A stretch of 64,000 bases of DNA, from positions 32,001 to 96,000 of the forward strand of contig JBDRNU010000025.1 of the NCBI GenBank assembly GCA_043810775.1, written 5' to 3'. The DNA is from an archaeon (GTDB taxonomy: Archaea > Nanobdellota > Nanobdellia > Pacearchaeales > GW2011-AR1). Numbering within the stretch: the first letter of the stretch is position 1; each line of letters opens with the position of its first letter. Below are positions 37,376-47,651 of this stretch, in pieces. A program made the translations under genes and the position numbers. The notes under the pieces are model-generated. The model was not told where the DNA came from. It saw only the letters and a list, made by a program, of their open reading frames with translations, and did no database searches.

Positions 37376-38806
37376 TTAGAGAATTCTTACTATACCTTTA
37401 TCTGCGTCTATTTCAACTAGGTCGCCTGTTTTTAGGATTTGAGAAGCTATTTTAGTGCCGACTATGCATGGAATTTTTAGTTCACGAGAGACAATGGCTG
37501 CATGACAGGTGACTCCTCCTTCATCTGTGATTATAGCTCCTGCAAACCTCATTAGTGGTGCAAATTCTGGACGAGTCATTCCAGTGACTAGGATTGTCCC
37601 TTGCTTAAAATCAGTTGCTTTAAATGGGTCTCTTACGATTCTTACTATTCCTTGAACTTTGCCTGGATAAGCTGACTGTCCTGTAATTAACTTATCTGAT
37701 GATTTTTGTTTTTCTTGGGAAAGGTAGATTCTATCTATTTGTTGTTTTATTGTGTCAAAGGTATTATATTCTTCTTCTATTTGCCCGTTATAATATGCTA
37801 TTATAGAGTATCCTTTTAGTCTTTTCTTAATATAATTTTTATTTTCTTTTAAGTAGCTTATTCCTTGAATTAGCTCTTCAAAATTATAATAATATATTAA
37901 GTCTTTTTCTAAACCAGCTTCATTAAACATTTTTTGAGCTACTCTAAACTGAATTGTGATTCCTTTGGAAATTGGGTCTTTTCTTGAGTCTCTTATATTA
38001 ATTATCTCTTGTATGTAATGGACAAGTTTTTTTTCATCCTGGTTTAATTTATTTAAGAATTCTTGAAATTGATTTAGTTTTTCTTCTGATGCTTCTGGAA
38101 TTTCTGAGTCTTCATATTTTTCTTTTAATAGGTCTTGGACTATTTCTGGGCTTTCAACGTTTTTATAATCTGCAAACTGGTATTGGAGTTTTTCTGAGAC
38201 TATTTGCCAGTTTTTGTGTTTTTTTGTAATTTCCATAGCAGCTAATTGCCTTTTTTTGTCAAATGAATCACTTATTGGAGTGGTAGCTTGGTCCCAGATT
38301 TGATTTAGCCTTTGTTTTGTAATTGGTATTTTAAGTTCTTTTATTAGTTTAATACACATTGACTTGTCAAATTGAGTTGCAAACCAGGCTAGGCAGTTTA
38401 AGTGACGTACAGAATCAATTATTTCTTTAAGATAGTTTAGAATTGTATCATAATTATTTTTTTGGATAAAGTCATAAGTAAGTTTATTGTATATTTTATC
38501 TATTTTATCACTAAATTCTTTGAAAATTTTCTTTCTTTCTTGTAATTTATTTGGATTTTTCCAGTATTGCCTGAAAAAATCTTCAGCCATATTATTATAA
38601 GTTGTTTCTGACATGAATACAATTCCTTCGTCTTGTTTCATTGTTATTAGAAAAGTCATGTTTAAAGGCAGTGTGTAATATAATTCATGAAAATTAGGGG
38701 CAAATCCTCCTGCTCCGTTTGCTAGCATTGTTACATTATGTACAGGTGGGTAGAATCTATGGCCTCTCATTATTTCTAGAAACTTATCCATTAGTGTAGG
38801 CTTCAT
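37376..38806 (-). CDS. Unknown domain + swivelling phospho-His domain
   Basis: TDEGGVTCHAAIVSRE; ATGA overlap with the upstream gene. Confidence 0.85.
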   Translation of the reverse strand: MKPTLMDKFLEIMRGHRFYPPVHNVTMLANGAGGFAPNFHELYYTLPLNMTFLITMKQDEGIVFMSETTYNNMAEDFFRQYWKNPNKLQERKKIFKEFSDKIDKIYNKLTYDFIQKNNYDTILNYLKEIIDSVRHLNCLAWFATQFDKSMCIKLIKELKIPITKQRLNQIWDQATTPISDSFDKKRQLAAMEITKKHKNWQIVSEKLQYQFADYKNVESPEIVQDLLKEKYEDSEIPEASEEKLNQFQEFLNKLNQDEKKLVHYIQEIINIRDSRKDPISKGITIQFRVAQKMFNEAGLEKDLIYYYNFEELIQGISYLKENKNYIKKRLKGYSIIAYYNGQIEEEYNTFDTIKQQIDRIYLSQEKQKSSDKLITGQSAYPGKVQGIVRIVRDPFKATDFKQGTILVTGMTRPEFAPLMRFAGAIITDEGGVTCHAAIVSRELKIPCIVGTKIASQILKTGDLVEIDADKGIVRIL

Positions 38807-40341
38807 TTTTTCATACCTATTTTTCTAATTATTCCAGTTGAACCGTGAATTTCAACTATTTCACCGTTTTTAAGCACTTTTGTACCAATCTTAGTGCCTA
38901 CAACACAAGGAACTCCAAGCTCGCGAGAAACAATAGCAGCATGGCAAGTAATTCCCCCCTCGTCTGTTATGATTGCTGAAGCCAGCCTCATAGCTGGAAC
39001 AAAATCAGGAGTAGTCATTGTAGCCACTAGAATTTCACCTTTTTGCATTTCATTGACTTTGCTAGGATCTAGCAAGACTCTCACATTACCTAGAGCATTT
39101 CCAGGGTTGGCTGTTGTTCCTTTAATTTCTGTTACAGTTTGGTCTATTTTTTCTACAAATGCATCAAATATCTTGTCTGCTTCTTGTCCAGAATATGCTG
39201 AAAACTTTCCTTGGATGCAGTAGAAAAATCCTTTTTCATTTCTTCTTTCAAGCTCTTTTTTATCAATTTTGTTTTTAAGCAGAGCTTCTTTTAGTTCATT
39301 AAATAAGAGCATGTTAAGTAATTGCCTTGGAATGTTAAGTCTTTTTGCTGTTTCTTTTCTCCAATTAATCATGTGATAATGAGATATAGTGTATTTCTCT
39401 TTTTTAAAGTCAAGAAGATAGCCTGAATCAGCGATTTCTTGGAATAATCTAACTATTTCTTTATGGAGTTTAAGTTCTGTTATAATTTGATTCTTTTTTG
39501 CTTTAATATTTTCAGAGTATTTTTCAAGTTCGCTTATCTTATCTTGCACTTTAATTTTGCTTTTTAATCTGTCTTTTATAACAGTTAGAAAATAATCCAA
39601 ATCCCATATTGCACTTCCATAATCATATGGTACCCACGAGAATTTTTTTTCATGCTCTAAGAGTTTTTTGTAAAATGGTTGAAAATTTTTTAAAGATTCT
39701 TTAATTTTCTTTATTTCTTTAATATCAAATACCTTTTCTAGGGCTTTATTTCCTTTGACTTCTTTTATTAGCTTAAATAATTCTAGTTCTTCTTTATTGA
39801 CAAAGCTTGGAGTATCAGGTGTTATCAGTGTTGTTATATATGAGTCTAGTATTTTTTTATCATTTATTTTATCTTGGATTTCTTTTTTCAGCTCTTCTAC
39901 AAATCCAAACCTTAGTCCCCAACTAACCATTTCACTATATGGGTATGCTTCAAGGTATAACTTATAGTATTCCCTGTATATTTCAAATAGTTCTTCATTA
40001 CTCTTCTTTGTCAAATCTTTATTTGAAATTTCAAGCGTAAACTTATTCAGTGTTCCCACTTTTTCTTTGAAGTTTTTTATAAGATTTTTTACTGAAAGTT
40101 TATTGCTCTTTGCATTTTTGATTACTGTGTTTTCAAATTTACTAAAGAAATCTTCACGAAAAACCCAGTACATTCTTCCTTTTTTAAATGCTACTACTAA
40201 GTCTCTTAAACTTTCTCCTAAGACTTCTGCTACGTTTGAGGTTGCTCCTTCCATTATTGGTAGAGCTAGTATCATATTAACATCATTATTGCTTCTTTCT
40301 TGGGCTATTACTAATCCTTTTGGGCTTATTTTTATTTTCAT
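38803..40341 (-). CDS. Unknown domain + swivelling phospho-His domain
   Basis: TDEGGITCHAAIVSRE; ATGA overlap with the upstream gene. Confidence 0.85.
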   Translation of the reverse strand: MKIKISPKGLVIAQERSNNDVNMILALPIMEGATSNVAEVLGESLRDLVVAFKKGRMYWVFREDFFSKFENTVIKNAKSNKLSVKNLIKNFKEKVGTLNKFTLEISNKDLTKKSNEELFEIYREYYKLYLEAYPYSEMVSWGLRFGFVEELKKEIQDKINDKKILDSYITTLITPDTPSFVNKEELELFKLIKEVKGNKALEKVFDIKEIKKIKESLKNFQPFYKKLLEHEKKFSWVPYDYGSAIWDLDYFLTVIKDRLKSKIKVQDKISELEKYSENIKAKKNQIITELKLHKEIVRLFQEIADSGYLLDFKKEKYTISHYHMINWRKETAKRLNIPRQLLNMLLFNELKEALLKNKIDKKELERRNEKGFFYCIQGKFSAYSGQEADKIFDAFVEKIDQTVTEIKGTTANPGNALGNVRVLLDPSKVNEMQKGEILVATMTTPDFVPAMRLASAIITDEGGITCHAAIVSRELGVPCVVGTKIGTKVLKNGEIVEIHGSTGIIRKIGMKK

Positions 40342-41390
40342 TTTGCTTTTTTTAGTATTTTAATTATACCTTTATCTGCATCTACTTCTACTATATCATT
40401 ATCATTTAAAACTTTTGTGGCTATCTTAGTTCCTATAATGCATGGTATTTTCATCTCTCGGGCTACAATTGAGGCATGACAAGTTATACCTCCTTCATCT
40501 GTTACTATTGCAGCAGCTTTTTTTAAATATTTGACTATTTCAGGACGAGTCATTGGTGCTACTAAGATAAAATCTTTTTTGTTTTTGAAGATTTTTTTGT
40601 AATTTCCATAATCTTTTTCTGTTATTTTTATTACTTGGCCTTTTGCGAATCCAGTGTAAGCTGAATTTCCTGATATTTGGTTCTTTTCACTAAGTTTTGG
40701 TTCTTGATTTACTAAGAAATTTTCAATTTCTTCTGCTTCTTTATTCAAGTAAATATTGAATTGATTATTAATAATTGTAATTGCTAGGGGTCTATTTTCT
40801 GTTATTTTTATTTTATTTCCTTTTAATATATTAATAATTTCTTCTGAGGTAGCTCTTTCAAGTTGTTTAATCTTATATTCTAATTTTTTTTGTATATACT
40901 TTATTATTTTATTATATGCTCTCCATATTAGGTCTACAAATTTGGAAAGTTTTATTCTTATTTCTGGTAGCTCTTTTAATAATTTGGAGTCATTTGTGTC
41001 AAAATATTCTTCTGTGTAAAATAAGTATGTTTTATAAAGTTCAAGGCATTGGTTATTTAGAAAGTTCATTCCTTTAATTGCTTTATCTTTATCTAGTTTT
41101 GAATTAATGAAACTCTTTACTTTCTGCTTGTTATTTTTTATATATTTCAAGCTATCTGAATTTATTTTATTTATTAGTTTTTCATCAGAAAGCTTTATTT
41201 TTGAAGCTTGTTCATCCCAGACTTGAAAATTTTTATTTTGAAAAACTACCAAATTAGGTGTTTTGTTTGCAATAATCTTGTAATATGGATTATTAATATG
41301 TGCATGGCAGGCATATTCCCATGATATGACTGGAGTTATTGAAAACACTTCATATTTACTGAATTTATGTGTTTTTAGAAGGGTTATCAT
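40338..41390 (-). CDS. Short unknown domain + swivelling phospho-His domain
   Basis: TDEGGITCHASIVARE; ATGA overlap with the upstream gene. Confidence 0.85.
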   Translation of the reverse strand: MITLLKTHKFSKYEVFSITPVISWEYACHAHINNPYYKIIANKTPNLVVFQNKNFQVWDEQASKIKLSDEKLINKINSDSLKYIKNNKQKVKSFINSKLDKDKAIKGMNFLNNQCLELYKTYLFYTEEYFDTNDSKLLKELPEIRIKLSKFVDLIWRAYNKIIKYIQKKLEYKIKQLERATSEEIINILKGNKIKITENRPLAITIINNQFNIYLNKEAEEIENFLVNQEPKLSEKNQISGNSAYTGFAKGQVIKITEKDYGNYKKIFKNKKDFILVAPMTRPEIVKYLKKAAAIVTDEGGITCHASIVAREMKIPCIIGTKIATKVLNDNDIVEVDADKGIIKILKKAK

Positions 41391-42454
41391 TTTATAATTC
41401 TCACTATACCTTTATCTGCATCTACTTCAACCAAGTCTCCATCTTTTAATAGCTGAGTGGCTATTTTTGTGCCGATTACACAAGGAACTCCAAGCTCGCG
41501 AGAAACAATAGCAGCGTGTGATAGTAGGCCCCCCTCATCTGTTATAATAGCTGCTGCTTTTTTGCAGGCTAGAATAGTATCTGGGCGAGTCATTTCTGTA
41601 ACTAGAATTTCACCTTTTTTAAATTTAAATACTTCTTTAAGGATGTTCTTTTTATTATGAAGAAGAATTCTTACTTTGCCGCTAGCTTTTCCTTTCATTG
41701 CTGTTTTACCTATAAGTTTATTTACTTTTTTAACAGATAGCATTTCCTTGTATATTTTTTTAAATTTTTTGCCAGTTATTAAGGACGGCTTGCCTTTTAG
41801 AGTGTAAAATAAGTATCCTCTTGATCTTTCTTCAAGAATCTTGTGAGAAACTTTCTTACCATTGAAAATTTTTATGATCTCTTGATTATTATAAAAAAAT
41901 AAATCTTTTACTTTAACTTGAAATCTTCTTGAAATTTCTTTAAGCACTACACCTAGAAGAAAATAGAATAAAACCTCCCCTTCTTTTCTCAAAATAAATC
42001 TTAATTTGCTTAAATCTATAATTAAACTTTCATGTTTTGACGCTTCTTTTTCCAGGTTAAACAGGAAAAAATCCTCTGTTTTCATATAAATATTAGAATA
42101 ATTAACTAAAGTTTTTAGAATATTATTAAAAAATAAACTTTTTAATTGGGAATTAGACAGATTTTTAATTTTTATATTATTAAAATATTGCTTTGTTTTT
42201 TCAATTTCCTTAAGTATTTGTTGGACCTGCTTCTTGTAATTTTTAATATTTCCATTATTTGTGAAGAATTTATAGCCATATCCTGCTGTTTTCTTGTCTC
42301 TGTCATTTAAATAATAAACGTGAATGACTGAATTTTTGTAAAGAATGAGCATGTCATTTGCAAAAAGCTCTATGCTCTTATTGGATAGGAAAAATAGGGG
42401 TAGCCTAAGCTCCCTTGCCCAGAATGTTATTTTGTATATTCCTTTTGGCAACAT
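41387..42454 (-). CDS. Short unknown domain + swivelling phospho-His domain
   Basis: TDEGGLLSHAAIVSRE; starts 1 bp after the 1667-aa gene stop. Confidence 0.85.
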   Translation of the reverse strand: MLPKGIYKITFWARELRLPLFFLSNKSIELFANDMLILYKNSVIHVYYLNDRDKKTAGYGYKFFTNNGNIKNYKKQVQQILKEIEKTKQYFNNIKIKNLSNSQLKSLFFNNILKTLVNYSNIYMKTEDFFLFNLEKEASKHESLIIDLSKLRFILRKEGEVLFYFLLGVVLKEISRRFQVKVKDLFFYNNQEIIKIFNGKKVSHKILEERSRGYLFYTLKGKPSLITGKKFKKIYKEMLSVKKVNKLIGKTAMKGKASGKVRILLHNKKNILKEVFKFKKGEILVTEMTRPDTILACKKAAAIITDEGGLLSHAAIVSRELGVPCVIGTKIATQLLKDGDLVEVDADKGIVRIIK

Positions 42455-42455
42455 T

Positions 42456-45400
42456 TTATTTAGCTTTCTTTTTAGATAGGACTTTTACTACACCAATATC
42501 TGCATCTACTTCCACAACTTCTCCTTCACCCAAAATATCTGTTGCATTTACTGTTCCTACTATTGTTGGTTTTTTTAGTTTCTCAGCAACAATTGCAGCA
42601 TGACAGCTTCTTACTATTCCTTCATCAGCGTCAACTTCAACTCTTTTTCCTTCTTGCAAAAATTCTGTTGCTATTTTAGTGCCTATTATTGTAGGTTTTT
42701 TAAGCTCACGGGCTACTATAGCTGCATGGCAGGTAATTCCCCCTTCATCTGTTACAATTCCTCCTGCCAGTTTCATGGCTGGTACGTATCTTGGATCAGT
42801 CATACTTGTAACTAGAATATCTCCTTTTTCAATTTTTTTTGCATCTTCTATTTTTCTTATAATTCTGACTCTTCCTATAGCTTTTCCTTTATATGCTGAG
42901 ACGCCTTTAATTTCTTGGTTTTCTTTTTTTTCATTAAGTTCATCCCATAAAGATTCTTTGTAAAATATTTCTTGACCTTTCGAGGTATATTTTATGATGC
43001 AAAATTTTTTTCTTTTTTCAATATCTGGAATTTTCTTGGTTTTAAGGAATTCTTCAAATTCATCTATTGTGAGGTATTTTAAAGAGCCTTTTTTAGTATT
43101 GTACTTTTTTTCAAGTTTTGTTAGTATTTTTTCCTCGATTATGAAACTTCTTTTATGCACATCTTCATATGCTCTTCTTATTTCTAGGGCTATATCATTA
43201 ATTTCTTTTGGAATATCTTCTCCATAGTACATTGGAACTTCATATCCTGAAAGAATAACATTTGTAAAGTCAACAAATGTTTTGTAGAGTTTTACTGCTG
43301 CTTTTTCTGGGTTTTTGTAGCTATCTTTGTAAAATTTGTTAAATTCAGTGAGTTTTTTGTCATATTGCTTTTTTATTTTTCTAAAATCCTCTAAAGTATT
43401 TCTTTGGATAAGGCTTTTACTTCTTTTTCTTCCATCTTCTTTTGATGTATAGTGGTAGAGGATGTCATCTCTCATTGTTATATAACATGGACTTGATCCT
43501 ACTCCAAAAAATTCCTTATTTTCATTAAATAAACCTTTAAAGACACAAGTTGTTCCTAAAATAGAATAGTCTCTTTGATGTCTGTCATAATCAAGAGACT
43601 TGTCAAATTCTAAAAGAGTTGTTTTTTTATCATGTCTGTGCTGGCTTTTTTCTAATATTATTACTTGGGCGTGATTTGCTTTTACTTCAACTAAATCCCT
43701 GTCTTTAAGGATTTTTGTTCCAACTTTTGTGCCAATTATACAAGGTATTCCAAGTTCACGAGAGACAATTGCAGCATGGCAAGTCATTCCTCCTTCATCT
43801 GTAACTATTGCTGATGCTCGTTTCATAGCTGGAAGATATTCTGGGCGAGTCATTCCAGTTACAAGTATCTTCCCTTGTTCAAAGTTCTTAATGTCCTCTA
43901 GTGTTTTGCAGATTGAAACCTCCCCTATTGCCTGTCCTGTAGATGCACATGTTCCACTTATTGTTGTTGACTCGATAATTTTTTCTTGATCTGAAATTTT
44001 CTCATATATTTCTTTTGCTTTATCCCCGCTAAAAATTATTATATTATTTGGAAGAGAGGGATTCATAATCCATATGAACATTTCTTCTCTATTTTTGATT
44101 TCTTTCTGAAATTCTTTATCTAAAAACTTCTTGCTTTCAATTTCCCGAGGCATTAGATAATAGAGTTTTTTAACAGGAATTTTATATTTTTCTGCTATTT
44201 TGTGCAAGACTTTATCATGCTCGCATACAGCTTTCATAATATTTTCTTTTCTTTCATCTTGCCAGAGTGTACAAAATGAGAGAAGATTAGCAAGATTTTG
44301 AGTTTTTCGATCTATATTGTATTTTTTAATTATTTGTTTTTTTGCAACTCTTATTTTAATAAAGTGATCTTTTGGTAGCAATTTAATTGAATCTTTTTGC
44401 TCAAGTAGCTCCTTTATTGTTAGAGGATCAGTTCCAGCATAACTGCTTTTAATCCATTCAAATTTTTCAAGGTGTTTTTCAAGAAGTTTTTTTTGCTTAT
44501 TCTTATCTTTAGATTTAAATGCTTTTAATAGACTTTCATCATGGCGATTGTTAAATGATTCTTCTTCTGGCATGGTTAATACATTTAACGCTTCATTAAG
44601 CTGTTTTAAATCTTTTATTTTTTTATCAAGCAAATGTTTTAATACATGGCTTTGAGTTAAGGAAAATGCTTCAATTACATGACCTGTTCCTACTCCATAA
44701 CCAATTAGGTCAAAAGTTATCTTAAATACCTCTAACAATTCTTTCTCTGAATAATCTGTTTTAGCTTTTGATTTTAGCTTGTTGTATTGCTTTGAAAATT
44801 GGTTGCTGTAGATTATTCTGGTTTTTTGAAAATATTTTTCATCTTTTTTTAATTTATTAAGTATAATCTCTCCAACTCTCTCTAAGTCAGATTTTATGTA
44901 AGACATGTCCCCAAAGTCTTTTTCTGACTTGAACATAAATTTCTCATAGCTATATCCTAAAGGATCCTTCATTTTATCTGTTGAGTCTACAGCTGCATTA
45001 AAGAATACTGGATATGCAGAGCCTTGTTGAGTTATTCTCTCTTCTTTTAGTATTTTTTCGATAATTTCGCTACTTGGGTTCTGGTCATTAAGTATTTTTA
45101 CTATACCTTTATCTGCATCCACTTCGACTTCCTGGCCGTCTTTAAGTACCTTTGTAGCTATATTAGTGCCAATTATACAGGGTTTTTTTAGCTCACGAGA
45201 AATAATAGCTGCATGACATAAAATTCCCCCCATATCTGTTATAATAGCAGCTGCTTTTTTCATCAATGGAACATAATTTGGATCTGTCATACTACACACA
45301 AGAATCTCCCCTTCTTTAAATTTTAAAAAGTCATGACTTCCAAGCACTATTTTAATATTTCCTTTAACAACTCCTTTATAGGTTGGTGTGCCTGTGAAAT

Positions 45401-47459
45401 CTTTTGTTTCTTTTAGTATGGTATCAAGATAATCCTTTTTTAGCTTGTCTAAATCTTTTTTGCATAATAAATAGTTATTATTTATAGAAATCATAGCCAC
45501 ATCATTTCCTAGACAAGAATCTTCTAAAGTGAGTTTCTTTCTTTCCAATAACTTATAAAATTGATCAAGTGGCAGAGATAACAATTTTTCGTAAGATATT
45601 TTATTCGCTGATGCAATTTTTTTAAAAACAGGTTTTAAATTGTATACTGCTTTGTTAGTCACTTCATTATTAAGAATTCTTCCTACTGAAAAGATGTTTA
45701 GGATTTTAATTAATTCATTTAATTTTTTATCTTTAAAATTATGTTTTTCAAATCCTCTTTTTTCATTATCTGCTCTCTTAATCTGTTCTAGAATATCTTG
45801 TTTAGTGTAACCTTCTCCAGATAGAAAGTATTGGTTTAAATAACTGTATTCTTCAATCACTTTATCTATATCTTTTGAACTAAATTTTCCTTTTTCTCTT
45901 AATCTTGCTATTTCAGTCTCAAGTTTAAATGCATCTGATTCTTCATCTTTATCTAATAATTCTGGCACTGTAATTTGTTTTATTTTTAGTTCATCAAATC
46001 TTTTCAATATTGATTCTTCAAGATAATTACTCATATCCCTTAATATTTCAAATACAACAAGAATTGTTAATACTTTCTCTAGGATATTTGATACTGATTT
46101 TTCATTATAGTTTTTCTTTTTAGATATTTCCCCTATTTCTTTCTCAAGTTCTTTTCTGAATTTCTCTTGATTTTTATTAAAATTATAAATAAAACTAAAG
46201 TCTCCTGAATCTATTCTTCCAACTACTTTTTTTTCAATTATTTCAAGTTCTTTTTCTGCGACGTAAACATCATAACCTGCTGATAAATATTTAATAGGAG
46301 GAATATCTTGAATTCCATATTTTTTTAAATAAAATCTAGATTGTGAACTATTGAATATATCAAACATTAATCTTGGAACTCTCCAACTACCTACTTTTTT
46401 CCAATTATCTTTTTTGTATTTATCAATAAATTCTTTGTATGAAATTTGTTCACTTTCTTTAAATGGAGTTTCAGAATAAGTCACTTCATCTTTTTTTTTA
46501 GGCTCTTCCTCTTCTAAGGAAGTTAGAGTAGTAATTGGGCGAGATTGAGTTATGTATAGCTTACCTTTTTCCATTGCCCATTCAACATCTACTGGGAATC
46601 CATAATGGTTTTCTATCTTAGCTATTAGTTTTGAAAGTTCAATTATTTCTTTATCTGTTAAAATCTGTTTGTTTCCTTCTTCTCCTAGCTCTCGCCACTC
46701 ATTTCCCCCACCCTTTACTCTGAATAAACCTCTTGATTGTTCTGAGATATTTTTATCAATAATATGCCAGTCCTGCTTGTCTATAACATAGCTATCTGGA
46801 GTTATCTGGCCTGAGACTATTGCTTCTCCTAAGCCTAGACCTGCTTCAATTATTAGCTGGTTTCTGTCTTGAGTTACAGGATGAACTGAGAATGCTATTC
46901 CAGATTCTTCACTAGCAACCATTTTTTGAACTACTACTGCTACTGATATTTTTTGATTGTGGAGTTTTTGCTCAAATCTATAGAATATTGCTCTTGGAGT
47001 GAAAAGTGAGGCCCAGCATTTTTTTACGTTTTCAAGCAAGCTGGATTTTGTAGTGTTTAGATAAGATTCAAGCTGGCCTGCCCAGGCTGCTGAAGCTGAA
47101 TCTTCTGCAGTTGCGCTGGAACGGACTGCTACATATTCTGCACCTAGTTTTTTAAATTCTACTAGAATCTCGGTTTCAATATCTTTAGGCATTTCTGCAT
47201 TAAGAATTAGAGCTTTTATTGTTTCTGAAGCTTCTTCTGATGTATGCACTTCTTCTGTATTGACAGTGTCCATGGCTGCGTCAATTTCTGTTATGAGATC
47301 CGCTTCTTCAATGAATTTTTCAAAAGCATCTGATAATATAACAAATCCTTCTGGAACAGGAATTCCTGCCTGAGTCATTTCACCTAAACTAGCTCCCTTA
47401 CCACCAGCTATATTTGCATCATTTTTACTAATTTTGGAAAAATTGAGTGTAAATTGCAT
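42456..47459 (-). CDS. PPDK/PEPS-type ATP-grasp domain + three (unknown domain-phospho-His) modules + partial fourth His module
   Basis: GGKGASLGEM, VAVRSSATAED, AGQLESYLN, VVVQKMV, GLGEAIVSGQITPD and DVEWA..QSRPIT; His codons at 45213, 43776, 42726 and 42600; no C-terminal pyruvate-binding barrel. Confidence 0.9.
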   Translation of the reverse strand: MQFTLNFSKISKNDANIAGGKGASLGEMTQAGIPVPEGFVILSDAFEKFIEEADLITEIDAAMDTVNTEEVHTSEEASETIKALILNAEMPKDIETEILVEFKKLGAEYVAVRSSATAEDSASAAWAGQLESYLNTTKSSLLENVKKCWASLFTPRAIFYRFEQKLHNQKISVAVVVQKMVASEESGIAFSVHPVTQDRNQLIIEAGLGLGEAIVSGQITPDSYVIDKQDWHIIDKNISEQSRGLFRVKGGGNEWRELGEEGNKQILTDKEIIELSKLIAKIENHYGFPVDVEWAMEKGKLYITQSRPITTLTSLEEEEPKKKDEVTYSETPFKESEQISYKEFIDKYKKDNWKKVGSWRVPRLMFDIFNSSQSRFYLKKYGIQDIPPIKYLSAGYDVYVAEKELEIIEKKVVGRIDSGDFSFIYNFNKNQEKFRKELEKEIGEISKKKNYNEKSVSNILEKVLTILVVFEILRDMSNYLEESILKRFDELKIKQITVPELLDKDEESDAFKLETEIARLREKGKFSSKDIDKVIEEYSYLNQYFLSGEGYTKQDILEQIKRADNEKRGFEKHNFKDKKLNELIKILNIFSVGRILNNEVTNKAVYNLKPVFKKIASANKISYEKLLSLPLDQFYKLLERKKLTLEDSCLGNDVAMISINNNYLLCKKDLDKLKKDYLDTILKETKDFTGTPTYKGVVKGNIKIVLGSHDFLKFKEGEILVCSMTDPNYVPLMKKAAAIITDMGGILCHAAIISRELKKPCIIGTNIATKVLKDGQEVEVDADKGIVKILNDQNPSSEIIEKILKEERITQQGSAYPVFFNAAVDSTDKMKDPLGYSYEKFMFKSEKDFGDMSYIKSDLERVGEIILNKLKKDEKYFQKTRIIYSNQFSKQYNKLKSKAKTDYSEKELLEVFKITFDLIGYGVGTGHVIEAFSLTQSHVLKHLLDKKIKDLKQLNEALNVLTMPEEESFNNRHDESLLKAFKSKDKNKQKKLLEKHLEKFEWIKSSYAGTDPLTIKELLEQKDSIKLLPKDHFIKIRVAKKQIIKKYNIDRKTQNLANLLSFCTLWQDERKENIMKAVCEHDKVLHKIAEKYKIPVKKLYYLMPREIESKKFLDKEFQKEIKNREEMFIWIMNPSLPNNIIIFSGDKAKEIYEKISDQEKIIESTTISGTCASTGQAIGEVSICKTLEDIKNFEQGKILVTGMTRPEYLPAMKRASAIVTDEGGMTCHAAIVSRELGIPCIIGTKVGTKILKDRDLVEVKANHAQVIILEKSQHRHDKKTTLLEFDKSLDYDRHQRDYSILGTTCVFKGLFNENKEFFGVGSSPCYITMRDDILYHYTSKEDGRKRSKSLIQRNTLEDFRKIKKQYDKKLTEFNKFYKDSYKNPEKAAVKLYKTFVDFTNVILSGYEVPMYYGEDIPKEINDIALEIRRAYEDVHKRSFIIEEKILTKLEKKYNTKKGSLKYLTIDEFEEFLKTKKIPDIEKRKKFCIIKYTSKGQEIFYKESLWDELNEKKENQEIKGVSAYKGKAIGRVRIIRKIEDAKKIEKGDILVTSMTDPRYVPAMKLAGGIVTDEGGITCHAAIVARELKKPTIIGTKIATEFLQEGKRVEVDADEGIVRSCHAAIVAEKLKKPTIVGTVNATDILGEGEVVEVDADIGVVKVLSKKKAK

Positions 47460-47499
47460 ATAGGAATAATGAAAAAAGGCATTAAATAGCTTTCGTTAA

Positions 47500-47578
47500 A
47501 TGAATGCTCCTGCCAGCTCGCTTTCCCACTCGTTATTTAATTAATAAGATTGCCTCGTGAAAAAGCTCGGGATTCGAA
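47500..47578 (-). repeat. Interrupted copy of the tRNA-Glu 3' end
   Basis: 47500-47514 equals 47647-47661 (15/15) and 47568-47578 equals 47661-47671 (11/11), separated by a 54-nt hairpin-forming insert. Confidence 0.7.
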
Positions 47579-47651
47579 ACCATCACTTTCAAAATACTCT
47601 CCCCAAAACCAGTAAGGGTCATATAGGATTTCGCAAGCTTAATCCTATGAA

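Noticed and set aside
38894-43989. Repeated plus-strand ORFs with SSRETIAAWQVIPPSSV
   Set aside because: Antisense shadows of the conserved His-domain codons.
42456-47459. Annotation as PEP synthase (ppsA) or PPDK
   Set aside because: No C-terminal pyruvate-binding barrel in this or any neighbouring gene; the domain order matches the rifampin-phosphotransferase type instead.
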